A stretch of DNA of 64,000 nucleotides. Origin: an uncultured Chromatiaceae bacterium (GTDB taxonomy: Bacteria > Pseudomonadota > Gammaproteobacteria > DRLM01). The stretch covers positions 532-64,531 of the forward strand of contig CALZJG010000137.1 of NCBI GenBank assembly GCA_945787555.1. The letters are read 5' to 3'. Shown here piece by piece: positions 10,671 through 21,229 of this stretch. Both the position numbers and the translations under genes were made by a program. The first letter of the stretch is position 1. Each line of letters starts with the position of its first letter. The notes under the pieces are model-generated. The model was not told the DNA's origin and did not search any database. It saw nothing but the letters and a program-made list of their open reading frames with translations.

Positions 10671-12302
10671 CTAGAAAATCACGTTGCGGTTGAGGATCAT
10701 TGCGGGATCGGCCTGGCGCTTCATGGCGAGATGTTTGTTGACCACCTCGTCGCCGAGTGCACGACGGATGTAGCCCTTCATCATGCCGCCAAAGCGATAA
10801 TAGCTGGTACCAAGATCGACGCCGATGTCATAGATTGCATTTTTGAAGGACTGTAGTTGGTCGCGGCTATAATTGTCGTCACCGAGCATCGGTTCAAATT
10901 CACAGCCGTAGGCCCACCCCGTTGCATCCGGCGGGAAACATGAGAGCTCATAGTGTGGCCTATGTTCTTCGCGCAATTTTATGCCAACACAATAAAGCGT
11001 GTAGTGCGGAAAATATTTTTTGCACACCGCGTTGCCTCGTTCAACGGCTTCGATAAACTTGTCGATACTGCAGGCGAGGTCGGGGATTACCATCTGACGT
11101 CCGCCCCAGTGTTTCCACACTGCGCGCGAAAAAACCACGGTGCGATCTAGCATCTGTCCTTTCTGCATGTGATGCGTCGGTTGCAGGTCAGGGAATAATT
11201 GGCGTTTTCGTTGATAGAGGTAGAGCGCCTCTTTGACGCGCCACGGGCGCAGTGTGTAATAGGCGGCGGTGCGCAGCGCAAATGGCAGTTCGCCGTAGCC
11301 TCGTAGTATTTTTCGGTGCTGCCTGAGAAATTCGTCCTCGCGTTCATCACTGTCGAAGGCGACGAGCAGTGTGATTGCTTTGTCCATCATCGTCAGGATG
11401 CCGCTGTAGTCACAACATTGTGCCCGATCAATACGCATCAAATCTTCGACCGCAACTCGCAGTGAGGAATAATAGAAGTAGTGCATTCGTAGCGGCGTGT
11501 ATGGACGGATCCGCAAGGTTGCTTCGGTGATGATGCCAAACTGGCCATAGCCAAGGATCACACGTTGAAACAGCTCAGAATTTTCTTGATCTGAACATTC
11601 GACGATCTCGCCAATGGGGGTGACCACTTGTAGCGAAATGGCCTGATCGGCACTACAGCCCAGCTTTGATGAGTTGACATCGATACCGCCGACGCCGATC
11701 GTGCCACCAACCGATGATGTCAGGTTCAGGGGGGCCGAGAGGTAGTCGAGCCCTTCTCTGCGTAGCGCCTCAGCGAGCAGATGCCAGAAGATGCCGCCTT
11801 CGGTGCGCACTGTGAGGGCCTCTTTATCAATATGCCGGACGCGACTCATGCCGGTCATATCGAGCAGTACCCCGCCAAAGGCAACTGATTCGCCCTCGGT
11901 GGTCAAACCACCACCACGGGTCGTCACAGGGACGTGGTGATACTGTGCCAGCTGTATTAGCGCTGCGACCTGTGTAGCACTACGGGCAATTACCACGCCG
12001 TGTGGCATGCCGTGGGCGAGCCCGCCGGCATCGGTGACATAGGTGCCGGTGTTGCTTTGGGTGACGCGCAGCTCAATTCCTGTCTGCTGTAGTGCCGTCG
12101 CAAAGGTCTGCCACTGTTCGCCTTGCCAGCGCTTGGGGTTTGTTTGCTGGCGTGGAATACCCTGCAGCGCATCGGGGCCCACTGGGCATGGTGGTATCTC
12201 ACCGGTTGTGATGTTGCCGGTTGCTCTATTTTGGATATCCACGTTCTTGGTTCTGTGTGATGGTCCTGGCTGGGTCGGAATGATGTCCAGCAAAGTCGCC
12301 AA
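10671..12302 (-). CDS. FAD-linked oxidase (FAD_binding_4 / PCMH-type flavoprotein; GlcD, D-lactate dehydrogenase or AGPS-like)
   Basis: 543 aa with the PCMH FAD-binding signature GVVIARSATQVAALIQLAQYHHVPVTTRGGGLTTEGESVAFGGVLLDMTGMSRV and a C-terminal oxidase domain. It heads the three-gene operon. Confidence 0.7.
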   Translation of the reverse strand: MATLLDIIPTQPGPSHRTKNVDIQNRATGNITTGEIPPCPVGPDALQGIPRQQTNPKRWQGEQWQTFATALQQTGIELRVTQSNTGTYVTDAGGLAHGMPHGVVIARSATQVAALIQLAQYHHVPVTTRGGGLTTEGESVAFGGVLLDMTGMSRVRHIDKEALTVRTEGGIFWHLLAEALRREGLDYLSAPLNLTSSVGGTIGVGGIDVNSSKLGCSADQAISLQVVTPIGEIVECSDQENSELFQRVILGYGQFGIITEATLRIRPYTPLRMHYFYYSSLRVAVEDLMRIDRAQCCDYSGILTMMDKAITLLVAFDSDEREDEFLRQHRKILRGYGELPFALRTAAYYTLRPWRVKEALYLYQRKRQLFPDLQPTHHMQKGQMLDRTVVFSRAVWKHWGGRQMVIPDLACSIDKFIEAVERGNAVCKKYFPHYTLYCVGIKLREEHRPHYELSCFPPDATGWAYGCEFEPMLGDDNYSRDQLQSFKNAIYDIGVDLGTSYYRFGGMMKGYIRRALGDEVVNKHLAMKRQADPAMILNRNVIF

Positions 12303-12783
12303 TTCTAGACCAAAACCGCAAAGGGGGCATAGTCATCTTAGGATATAGGAGACCGGTCCAAACCGGGGGCGCGGTCGTGAGAATCTTGGCATGGCTGGGA
12401 AGGCCGAATAAGGTTGCCCGATGGCCATGGGACGGACAGGGTATATCAACGTTGGGTGAGTCTGCGCGGCATAAGTCCTCCGGTAACATCATCGAACAAG
12501 AACATCGTCTTATCAAACGCATTACTCGACCTATGTTGCGGCTCAATGATTTCTTGGTGTTCTCAAGCAACATTAATGGGGATTGAGATCATGCGAATGT
12601 TAAAGAAGCGGCGGATTCGAAAAATAGCGGGCGACTACACATCGCCTGCGGATCTCTTCTATCCATTGGCTGATTGAGTGTCAGATTACGAAGAACAAGT
12701 TCTCGGTCTGAGGAACTGTTTGCGACGTAGTCGTTTTCGGAACCCATAGACGACCATCGCATTGCCAATCTTGTCGCTAGTCG

Positions 12784-15732
12784 TCATTGGATCCCCACCG
12801 CTGCTGCTGCAAAACGCTGCTCTAGGTTGGTGCTCACTGCATCCGGCACAAAACCGATGAGATACCAGGCCTCTTGCAGCGCAAGCGCCCCTTCCGGCGC
12901 GCGTGCCTGCGGCTCGCCCGCCCGCAGGCGCTGGGCGAGTTGCGCGACTTGATAGGCCATGCGCGCCTCGCGCGCGTGCGGCGGTGACTCTACGCCGGCA
13001 AGGATTTCCAAGCGGAGGCACAACTCTTCCTTGGCCAGTTGGTTTTGCCGGCGGGCCTCCTCCATCTGCGTGGCCACGGCGCCGTCGCCGTTGGCGAGAC
13101 TTTGCACCCATGCGGAAGCCTGCTGATAACGCTGCTGCAAGCGGCGTTCGGACTCCGGTTCTGCGACGGGAAACTGGGCCCAGCGTGCCGCCGATTCCTG
13201 CATGTGCGATAGCGCTCGCTCCCCCGTCAGCTTGCCGTCCAGCAAGTGAGCGGCGCACTGCTCCAGCTCCATGCAGTGGGCGGCCTTGCGCTGAAACTGG
13301 TCTCGCGCCGCGTCGCGCTGCGCTTGCGCTCCGGCATCGAGCGCGTGCTCCGCGCGCGCACAGGCGGCGCGAAAACGCGACTCCAGGGCGTGTGCGTCCT
13401 GCTTGGGCAACGGGTCTAAGCCGCGCCACTGCGCCTTGCACTGATCCAGCTGGCGCCGTAGGGCGTGCAGGTCCTGCGTGGCGATGCTTTCCAGTTGCGT
13501 GCACAGATTCAAGCGCGCCTGGCGTTGGTCCGCGCGCGCCTGCTGCTGTGCTTCCACCGCCTGCTGGCGCCGCGCGAACAGGGCATTGCACGCGGCACGG
13601 AACGATTCCCACAGGGCGCGTTCGTTCAGGGCGGGGCCGATGGTCTTCCACTGTCTCTGTGCGGCCTTCGCCTGTTCGGTGGCGGCGCGCAGATCGCCGC
13701 CCTGATCTACGTCCTGCACCAGCATCTCGATGCGCTGTACCAGGGCCTGCTTGCTGGCTTGATGTCGTTCCTTCTCGATCTTGATCGCGGCCCGCACCCG
13801 TGCCAACGCGGCGCGGTAGCGCGCATTGATGGTCGGCGTGTGTTTGCCTTTCACGGCCCCGATTTGGCGCCATTGCGTCTCGGCATCGCGGAGCGCGCGT
13901 TGGGTGGCCGATATATCCCAGTCCCCTCCTTCGGTGGCAGGCGCCAGTGCCTCGACGTGCGCGCACAAGGCCTGCTGGCGCTCGAGATTCGCCGCCCGTT
14001 CCAGCGCTTGCGCCGCGAAATGCGCACGGCAGGGCGCATACGTGGCGGTGCAGGCGGCATGAAAACGTTCCCACAGCGCCTTTTCCCCGCGGGCAGGACC
14101 CACCAGCTTCTTCCAGTTCTCTTGCAGCTGCTGGACGCGTTGTGCGATGTCGTCCCAATCGCTGGCGCCCCCGGCCTGTGTTTGCAATTCAGCGAGCAGT
14201 GCCTCCGCCTCTTCACACAACTGTTCCTTCGCCGAGATATTGCCCCAGCCACGCCAATCACGCAGCTCGCGCAAGCGGCCCTCGCTATGCTGTATGCGAC
14301 GCCGCAGAGCGGGCTCGTCCAATTCGCCTAGCCGCTCCTGGGCGCGCTTGTGCAGGCGCTCGGCCTCCTGGAGTTGACCCGCGGTCAATGCAGCGTCCCG
14401 CTGCATCACCAACGCACCTGCTTGTTCGATGCGCGCACGGCGCTGCTCTCGTTCTGCGGAGAGGCGCTGGCGCAAAGACGCCAAGAGCTGCGGCAATTCG
14501 GCCGCGGGTGACGGCGGCGGCCGATGGAGGGGCGCCGCCACGGCCGCGCACTCGCTCTCCAAAGCGCGCAGCGCGGTCTCATCTACGGGCGCGGTCAGCA
14601 TGGCCGCGGCACGCTCCAGCAGTGCGGGCAATACCGCTGTCGCGTCGCGATAACGCGCCATATCGTCCACCTGCGCCTGCGCAGCGCCAACGTCACGTTG
14701 GAACTGCTCTTCGAGTGCGGTCTGCTCCTGCCGCTCCAGCACGCCCGCGCCCTGCCAACTGTCGCGCAACACGGCAAGGGCGCGCAGAGCATGGGCTACA
14801 TCGCTGTCGGTGGGTGACGGCTGTTGCTGCAACTCGCTCAGCAATCGTGCCACCGCCTCCAGCAGCGCGTGCCTCTCGCTGCGCGCGGGTGCATACTTCG
14901 CCTGCGCTTCTTGCCATGCGCGCAGTTCCATCGCCAAGCGCTCACGTACCTGAGCATAACGCTTGGTCAGCGCGTCCTCCGGCTCACCCGCTTGTGCGGT
15001 GTATTGCGCCAGCCACTCCTGCCATTGCGCCTCCGTGGCCGCGAACTCGCGTTGAATGTAGTCCCAGTCGGGGCGCACGCGCGTCCGCTCGTGCAGCGCC
15101 TTCATACGCCCGCACAAGGTGACGCCCTGCTGGTGTAGGCGCTGGGGGCGCTCGTCTGCTTCACGCAGGGCCTCCAAGCGCGTCTTGATGGCGGCGGCCA
15201 CGCGCTTGTCCTTGCTGCGCACGCCCTTGAGCAGCCGTTCCAGGGTGGCGCGCTGTTCGACTTTGGTCAACGCCTCCAGCCTCAACTCGGGATCGGGATC
15301 ATTGAGCACGCGCTCGGCGCATACGGATTCACGGCCCAGGCGTGCGAGCGCCGCGCGCCGGAGTGCAGACTCCGCGCCCTGGCGCACCACATATATGCTG
15401 AGCCGGTCGTCGGCGAGTGTCTCCAGGCGCTCCAGCCGCGCCGCGAACGGTAGGGGCGCGTCCACCTTGCCTGCCACCTGCTCGCAGACGCGCGCCCAGG
15501 CCAGTTCGCGCAGACTGGCGTCCGTCTCCTGGCGCGCCGCCGCCAGCCACAGGTCCAGCTCATCCAGGCGCCTGAGCGCCAAGCCGCGCAGGTCCGCCAC
15601 GGGGTCCTGCTGGGCCAGTTCGCGCAAAATAGCGCCGTCGTCACCCTGCGCGCTCAAGGCCTGCACGGCCTGGCGTCGGACGTCGGGATTCTTGTGCTGC
15701 CACTTGGGCGTAAAGAGGCTTTTCAGACGCAT
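12784..15732 (-). CDS. DUF349 domain-containing protein (repetitive coiled-coil-rich protein)
   Basis: The internal start MRLKSLFTPKWQHKNPDVRRQAVQAL matches the typical DUF349 N-terminus. The protein carries several W..W..G/LW..F..A repeats characteristic of DUF349. The gene is visibly much more GC-rich than its flanks. Confidence 0.65.
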   Translation of the reverse strand: MRLKSLFTPKWQHKNPDVRRQAVQALSAQGDDGAILRELAQQDPVADLRGLALRRLDELDLWLAAARQETDASLRELAWARVCEQVAGKVDAPLPFAARLERLETLADDRLSIYVVRQGAESALRRAALARLGRESVCAERVLNDPDPELRLEALTKVEQRATLERLLKGVRSKDKRVAAAIKTRLEALREADERPQRLHQQGVTLCGRMKALHERTRVRPDWDYIQREFAATEAQWQEWLAQYTAQAGEPEDALTKRYAQVRERLAMELRAWQEAQAKYAPARSERHALLEAVARLLSELQQQPSPTDSDVAHALRALAVLRDSWQGAGVLERQEQTALEEQFQRDVGAAQAQVDDMARYRDATAVLPALLERAAAMLTAPVDETALRALESECAAVAAPLHRPPPSPAAELPQLLASLRQRLSAEREQRRARIEQAGALVMQRDAALTAGQLQEAERLHKRAQERLGELDEPALRRRIQHSEGRLRELRDWRGWGNISAKEQLCEEAEALLAELQTQAGGASDWDDIAQRVQQLQENWKKLVGPARGEKALWERFHAACTATYAPCRAHFAAQALERAANLERQQALCAHVEALAPATEGGDWDISATQRALRDAETQWRQIGAVKGKHTPTINARYRAALARVRAAIKIEKERHQASKQALVQRIEMLVQDVDQGGDLRAATEQAKAAQRQWKTIGPALNERALWESFRAACNALFARRQQAVEAQQQARADQRQARLNLCTQLESIATQDLHALRRQLDQCKAQWRGLDPLPKQDAHALESRFRAACARAEHALDAGAQAQRDAARDQFQRKAAHCMELEQCAAHLLDGKLTGERALSHMQESAARWAQFPVAEPESERRLQQRYQQASAWVQSLANGDGAVATQMEEARRQNQLAKEELCLRLEILAGVESPPHAREARMAYQVAQLAQRLRAGEPQARAPEGALALQEAWYLIGFVPDAVSTNLEQRFAAAAVGIQ

Positions 15733-15931
15733 AGTATAATTCGCTTTGGGATACGTAGGACGATTGTAACCGCCCACCCGCGGGAGTGTGCAAGCGCCTG
15801 GCAATGCGGCGCCGCCTTGCTTGTGCCCCCATCGCTCGACCCCATATCAAGGTGCCATAGTGAATGTGGCCCGAGGACTATCGCCGAAACTACTGGTGTG
15901 GCTTCTTGGGTATCTTCAAGCACCACCGCTT

Positions 15932-16891
15932 TCAGAACGCTCGCGCGCAGCGGAAACCGAGATCAGTTCCTGCCGCAAATGGATCGTAATGGGCACGCCT
16001 TGCGCCACGAAAAAAAGTGCTCTGTATGTTATGGCCAATAGCCGCCCCACCCCCGCGCGCCACTTTGTGAACTTTGTTGTAGAACTCACTGACCCACGTG
16101 GCACCCGACGCACCCGGATAAGCTTCATACCAGTCTTCGACCCACTCCGAGACGTTCCCGGCCATGTCGTGGACTCCGTAATATGATACGTCGTGCGGGT
16201 ACGTTCCGACGGGAACCACAGCAACATCACCGTCGCCCTGCTCCCCAGTGTTGGTCTTTTCGCCGCCCCACTCGACTCCCCACGGATATTCTCTGCCCTC
16301 AGGACCTCGTGCCGTTTTTTCCCATTCCAACTCCGTTGGCAAACGCTTACCTGCCCAGGCGCAATAGGTAAAAGCGTCGTACCAAGTCACCACAGTAACG
16401 GGTAATTTATCGTGTTCCCTTTGTCTAGATTGCATTTGGTTCATCAATTCTTCGCGCCCTAATTGAGTCGTGTCGACATCCAGTCTAAACAATTCATCGG
16501 AGATGCTGCGCAATTCGCCGATCGTCACATTGCGCAATGTTTCGAGCCGTATGTTGTAGCCGGTCGCAGTCCAGGTGGGTGGCTCGTCATAACCGCTATC
16601 ATTTATGAACCGCTTATAGTTGGCATTGGTCACTTCGTACTTATCAATCAAGAAGGGGTCGAGATAGCGCTTATGTTCTGGGTATTCATTGATATACCTC
16701 AGGTCTATCTCATCATTGCTCGTTCTACCACCGTTGCTCCCCATTATGAACTCCCCTCCTGGTATCAATACCATGTCGGTATTAATCTGCGATTGATGTG
16801 ACGGAGAGGTCGACTCAGCACCACCATCACCATGGCCGCACCCACCCAAGCAAATCAGCAATAGCAGAAAACTTGTGCAGCGCGAATTCAT
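15932..16891 (-). CDS. Formylglycine-generating-enzyme (FGE)/sulfatase-modifying-factor domain lipoprotein
   Basis: Lipoprotein signal MNSRCTSFLLLLICLGGCGHG, followed by the FGE-sulfatase fold motifs (HPVTGVSWYDA-like VTVVTWYDAFTYCAWAGKRLPTELEWEKTARG and the C-terminal RGG...FRCAR). Confidence 0.75.
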   Translation of the reverse strand: MNSRCTSFLLLLICLGGCGHGDGGAESTSPSHQSQINTDMVLIPGGEFIMGSNGGRTSNDEIDLRYINEYPEHKRYLDPFLIDKYEVTNANYKRFINDSGYDEPPTWTATGYNIRLETLRNVTIGELRSISDELFRLDVDTTQLGREELMNQMQSRQREHDKLPVTVVTWYDAFTYCAWAGKRLPTELEWEKTARGPEGREYPWGVEWGGEKTNTGEQGDGDVAVVPVGTYPHDVSYYGVHDMAGNVSEWVEDWYEAYPGASGATWVSEFYNKVHKVARGGGAAIGHNIQSTFFRGARRAHYDPFAAGTDLGFRCARAF

Positions 16892-17421
16892 TATCTGGCC
16901 GCGAACGCGGTCGCCGTCTAATTGCGATTTCACGGGCCACAGGTTGGTGCAGGCGTTCATGTCACAGTTCTTAATATTGGAGCTATGTACACGTCAACTC
17001 GAGAGTGCCTTATTCATTCCCAAACGACACGCAAGTAATTTTACGCAGACTTGTGGGCCAGCGGATTGTGAATGCCCCCAGTCCTTGAGGTGATATTTGA
17101 ATTAAGTCTGGTAATACAAGGTCTATTGTAAGGTTCGATGATTTTCGCCTAGTTCGCTAATCACTTGAGACGCTATCCTTGCTGTTTTCATAAATACTGC
17201 CCATTGTTCTACAGGGTCTACGACATGACCAATGATTTCTTCTGGCCTAGATCAGTCTAATAGACTCTCCCATGGATACCAGGTCTTCTCTGGTGAAATG
17301 AGCACGCTTACCATTGACACCCATTTGAGGTTAATTGGTCCATTTGCCTGCTGGATTGCGCGAGCAAGTCACGTCATCAGCCGGGGACGGTCCCCACTTG
17401 CCATCGGAGCCCATGGCGCAA

Positions 17422-20400
17422 TTACCCTAGCGGTTCGAACAGGCCCTCCAGGTCGTCCAATACGAGTTTGGAGGCACTATTGCCCGCTTCGTCGAACAAG
17501 CGATCCGCCAGCTCTTTCTTGCGCGCCTGCATAGCAAGGATCTTCTCTTCCACCGTGCCCTGGGTGATGAGTTTGTAAACGAACACGGCTTTGTCTTGGC
17601 CGATGCGGTGGGCGCGGTCGGTGGCCTGGGTCTCCACCGCAGGATTCCACCAAGGATCGTAGTGGATGACGGTGTCTGCAGCCGTGAGGTTGAGGCCCGT
17701 GCCGCCGGCCTTGAGGCTGATGAGAAACACCGGCACCTCGCCTTCCTGGAATTGTTCAATAGGCTTGGCACGGTTACGGGTGTTGCCGGTGAGTCGCACA
17801 TAGTCGATGCCGACACGGTCGAGTTCGGGTTCAATCAACGCGAGCATACTGGTGAATTGCGAGAACAGCAGAATACGCCGACCTTCTTCGACCAGTTCGG
17901 GCAACATATCCATGAGCAGTCCCAGCTTGGCGGAGTATTGCGCCTTCCTGGCGCTGGCCAGCTTGAGTAAGCGCGGGTCGCAACACACTTGCCGCAGCTT
18001 GAGCAGCGCCTCCAGGATCACGATGTGGCTGCGCGCCATGCCCTTCTTCTCGATCTCGTTGCGCACCTTCTTATGCATGGCCAGGCGGATGCTCTCGTAG
18101 AGGTCGCGTTGCGCACCGGACAGCTCGACCGCGTGCACCATCTCGGTCTTGGGCGGGAGCTCTTTGACGACCTCTTGTTTGGTGCGACGCAGCATGAAGG
18201 GCGCGACCCGCCTTCGCAGATTCACTTGCCGCATGCTATCACCATGCTTTTCGATCGGTGTGCGGAACAGCTTGCGAAAACGCCGTTCGTCGCCCAGCAG
18301 GCCGGGCAACAAGAAATCGAATAGCGCCCACATCTCGCCCAGGTGATTCTCCATCGGCGTGCCGGTGAGACATAAACGGTGCTTGGCATTGAGTTGGCGG
18401 ACGACCTGCGCGGCCTTGGCCTTGGAATTCTTGACCACCTGCGCCTCGTCGAGGATCAACAGATGATAGTCCTGATCGCTGAGCACGTTTTGGTCGCGAG
18501 ACAGCAAAGGATAGGTGGTAAGAACGAGGTCCGCGTCCTTGAGGCGCGCGTAGTTCTGTTTGCGTTCGGCGCCGTGTAGTACCAGCACGCTCAGATCGGG
18601 GGCGAAACGCTCAGCTTCCGTGCACCAGTTGGTCATGAGGCTCGTAGGGGCGATGACCAGGCTGGGGCGGTCCATGCGGCCGCTCTCTTTCTCCAGGAGC
18701 AGATGGGCCAGCGTCTGCACCGTCTTGCCTAGACCCATGTCGTCAGCGAGGATGCCGGCGAGTGCGTATTCACGCAGGAATTGCAGCCAGTCGAGGCCCT
18801 GGCGCTGGTAAGCGCGCAAGGCAGTGCGCAGTCCTGTGGGCGGGCTGACCTTTTGGATGCCCTGGAAGTCTTCGAGCTTGCGAGCAAGCTCGCGTAGACG
18901 CGTACTGCCCTCCCAGGCGACGTCGCGCAGATCTTGGATTTGTGCGACTTGCAGCGTGGGCAGGCGCAGGCGGCCATGATCGAGCTGGGTGTCATAGAGC
19001 TCGACCAAGGTGCCGAGGAAATTGCGCACGCGCTCGAAGGGGATGGGCAGTAATCGCTCATTGGGCAGGCGCACAAACATATTTTCTGGAGCCTGCTCGG
19101 CCGGCAGGCGCAAGAATTCCGCGAGCTCGGGATTCTGCGCGAGTATGTCCACCAGAATTGGCAGGAGATTGAGCCGCTCACCGTCAACGGTTACGCCCAG
19201 CTCTAGCGAGAACCAATCGTTACCGCTCTCTTCAAGCTCCGCGTACCAGTCGCCCGTCTCTTCAACCAGGCGATAAGGCCAGTCGTCGGCGATCTCGACT
19301 CGCCAGCCCTGACGGCGCAATTCCGGTACGCCGTGGAGACTGAAATTGAGGTGAGCATCATGGGGGTCCGCCTGCATTGGCATCAAAGTACGATCGTAGA
19401 CCTGCTCGGGTGTGGGCGCGAAATCTCTGAAATTGGACAGGGGCATGAATTCCAAGGCTTCGAGCGCCTCCATCGCGGCCTGCTCCGCCTTGGCATCGCG
19501 CCTGATCTGCACTAACCGCTCTCCCTCCAAACGAGTGAGATCGGGCTCCGACGTGATGCCCGGCACAACGCGGATACCGTCATAGTCAAAATCGAGCCGA
19601 GCGAGCGGGAACTGCACCGGCTTGCTAGCCGCCTTCCAGGCGTGGGGGCTGTGTCTGTTCGGCACCTCGGCCTGAAACAACCGGAGGCAAGGCACGGGCT
19701 TGACGCGCTTTTCGACGGCCGATTGAAAACGGCGCGGTTGTGGGATGGCGGCGCCCAACTTATCCAGCGCTTGCTGTACGCGTGGCACGTCGTCGGGATG
19801 CAGCGACGGGGACTCCAGCAGCGCTTGAGCCACGCTATCGGGCAGACCGGTGTTCAATGGGCCGCACTGATTGCGGCTAAGATCGACATACCAAGGGGGC
19901 GACAATGGCAGTACCTCGTCGACGTCCTCATCGCCCAAGCAGCGCAGGCGTTGCAGCCCATCGCGGGTCGCCACCCACTCCAGCTGTACCGTGCGCGGTT
20001 CGCCCAGCATCAAGGGCGGGCTCTTGATCGTGCGCCAATGACAACGCCCCGTCGCAATCAGTTCGCTGAGCAGCGATGGGCCTTCCTGGCCTTGCGGTCG
20101 TAGCCACCCGTGCTCCGAGCACAGTCCTATCCAACGCAGCAGGCGCTGATCCACGGCGCGGATGTAGCGGGCCGAGGAATGGGCCTTGACCTGGCCGCTG
20201 CGCGGCTGGCCCCAGCCACCGGTTTTGAGCCGGCGTGCAACCACCGTTCGAACGTCCAAGGCCGGCTGCCCCATGTCTTGACCGCGCAGCGAGAGGAGAT
20301 AGATCACGTAGTCCGGAACGTCCGCCGCCTCATCAGCGGCCGCGGTGTGGGTGGCCGCGTCTAGTCGTTCGAGCCAGCGGATCAGTCGGGGGTTTGCGGT

Positions 20401-20718
20401 CGCACGCGCTGTTGCCACAGGCCGTTTCTTCGCGCCGGTACTCAGGGCCGCCAATGCGACGGCGGCGACGTGCTTGCAGTTATGGCCCACGGGGCAGGTG
20501 CAATCGCCGTTAAGCTGGATCCCTCTAGCGGCGGTCGTGACGTGTAGCACAACCTTGTAGGGAAAGGGAGAGCTGCCGCGCACCTGGGCAGAGATCAGGT
20601 GACCACCGCGCAGTTGGGTCAGTGTCTTGACGCGGCCCCGTTCTAAATAGTCCAGACCGCGCGCGAAGTAAGCGGCAGGAATAGCGTTCTGGACGTCCGA
20701 CAGAGTATAGAGGGTCAT
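17422..20718 (-). CDS. SNF2-family DEAD/DEAH-box helicase with an N-terminal SWIM zinc finger
   Basis: 1098 aa. SWIM CxC..C.H motif (GDCTCPVGHNCKHVAAVALAAL). SNF2 ATPase motifs I-VI are present, including DEAH (ILDEAQVVKN), LTGTPMEN and a helicase-C block QATDRAHRIGQDKAVFVYKLITQGTVEEKI. Confidence 0.85.
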   Translation of the reverse strand: MTLYTLSDVQNAIPAAYFARGLDYLERGRVKTLTQLRGGHLISAQVRGSSPFPYKVVLHVTTAARGIQLNGDCTCPVGHNCKHVAAVALAALSTGAKKRPVATARATANPRLIRWLERLDAATHTAAADEAADVPDYVIYLLSLRGQDMGQPALDVRTVVARRLKTGGWGQPRSGQVKAHSSARYIRAVDQRLLRWIGLCSEHGWLRPQGQEGPSLLSELIATGRCHWRTIKSPPLMLGEPRTVQLEWVATRDGLQRLRCLGDEDVDEVLPLSPPWYVDLSRNQCGPLNTGLPDSVAQALLESPSLHPDDVPRVQQALDKLGAAIPQPRRFQSAVEKRVKPVPCLRLFQAEVPNRHSPHAWKAASKPVQFPLARLDFDYDGIRVVPGITSEPDLTRLEGERLVQIRRDAKAEQAAMEALEALEFMPLSNFRDFAPTPEQVYDRTLMPMQADPHDAHLNFSLHGVPELRRQGWRVEIADDWPYRLVEETGDWYAELEESGNDWFSLELGVTVDGERLNLLPILVDILAQNPELAEFLRLPAEQAPENMFVRLPNERLLPIPFERVRNFLGTLVELYDTQLDHGRLRLPTLQVAQIQDLRDVAWEGSTRLRELARKLEDFQGIQKVSPPTGLRTALRAYQRQGLDWLQFLREYALAGILADDMGLGKTVQTLAHLLLEKESGRMDRPSLVIAPTSLMTNWCTEAERFAPDLSVLVLHGAERKQNYARLKDADLVLTTYPLLSRDQNVLSDQDYHLLILDEAQVVKNSKAKAAQVVRQLNAKHRLCLTGTPMENHLGEMWALFDFLLPGLLGDERRFRKLFRTPIEKHGDSMRQVNLRRRVAPFMLRRTKQEVVKELPPKTEMVHAVELSGAQRDLYESIRLAMHKKVRNEIEKKGMARSHIVILEALLKLRQVCCDPRLLKLASARKAQYSAKLGLLMDMLPELVEEGRRILLFSQFTSMLALIEPELDRVGIDYVRLTGNTRNRAKPIEQFQEGEVPVFLISLKAGGTGLNLTAADTVIHYDPWWNPAVETQATDRAHRIGQDKAVFVYKLITQGTVEEKILAMQARKKELADRLFDEAGNSASKLVLDDLEGLFEPLG

Positions 20719-20803
20719 GGGGCAGTGCTGCTGACACAGGCTAAGGCGCTCAAGGTAGCGGGTCGTGTCCTGAACTACAAGTTAGCCTGTCCGACTTTCC
20801 TCC

Positions 20804-21229
20804 TTACGCCAACAGTGCAAGTCGCGGTAGGGACAATGAAACCGGATTGCACTCCGCAACTATTCGATCAGGCCAATGCAGGCGCGAGGGAATACTCGTG
20901 ATGCAAACCGCCCTGCATCGATCGGGCGCACACGACCGCTCTTGCGCGGAGATGATGCCGGGGTCTCTCGCTGACGAGTAGTGCCGCTCCTGCCGGCGGA
21001 TCGGGAACACCCGGGCCCAACGCCCTATGTGGGCGCGCCACATTGCAATGGGCTCGCACTCTTTCGGTATCGATCGCATGTGCGATAGCGAGGGTGGAAT
21101 CAACCAATCCAAGCACTCGCTTCGGATCGTTTCGATCACCCGTTCGCAGATCGCGTTTGCCTTGGGGCTGCATGAAATTGCGAATGGATGCATCTCGAAA
21201 TCTGCGTCGTGTAGCTTCGGAAACCCTAG
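20804..21229 (-). pseudogene. Decayed IS copy A: C-terminal ~140 codons of an rve-family DDE transposase, multiply frameshifted and 5'-truncated
   Basis: Overlapping frames give ...RRFRDASIRNFMQPQ..., SPKANAICERVIETIRSECLDWLIPPS..., ...HCNVARPHRALGPGVPDPPAG... and the ending GGLHHEYSLAPALA. These are homologous to copy B at 25340-26151, and the string attcgatcaggccaatgcaggcgcgagggaatactcgt is shared with it. The copy is truncated where the DUF3597 gene ends at 21230. Confidence 0.6.

Noticed and set aside
12377-12586. Possible ISL3-family transposase C-terminal remnant (SGNIIEQEHRLIKRITRPMLRLNDF)
   Set aside because: Only ~25 residues of weak resemblance to the ISL3 C-terminal motif, with no flanking IR or further transposase sequence. 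It is mentioned as a possibility under the DUF349 island finding but not called as a feature.
12903-15122. Long + strand ORFs (293, 288 and 391 aa) antisense to the DUF349 gene
   Set aside because: They are Arg/Ala/Pro-rich low-complexity translations typical of antisense frames in very GC-rich DNA. The minus-strand DUF349 frame has recognisable family motifs and coherent composition.
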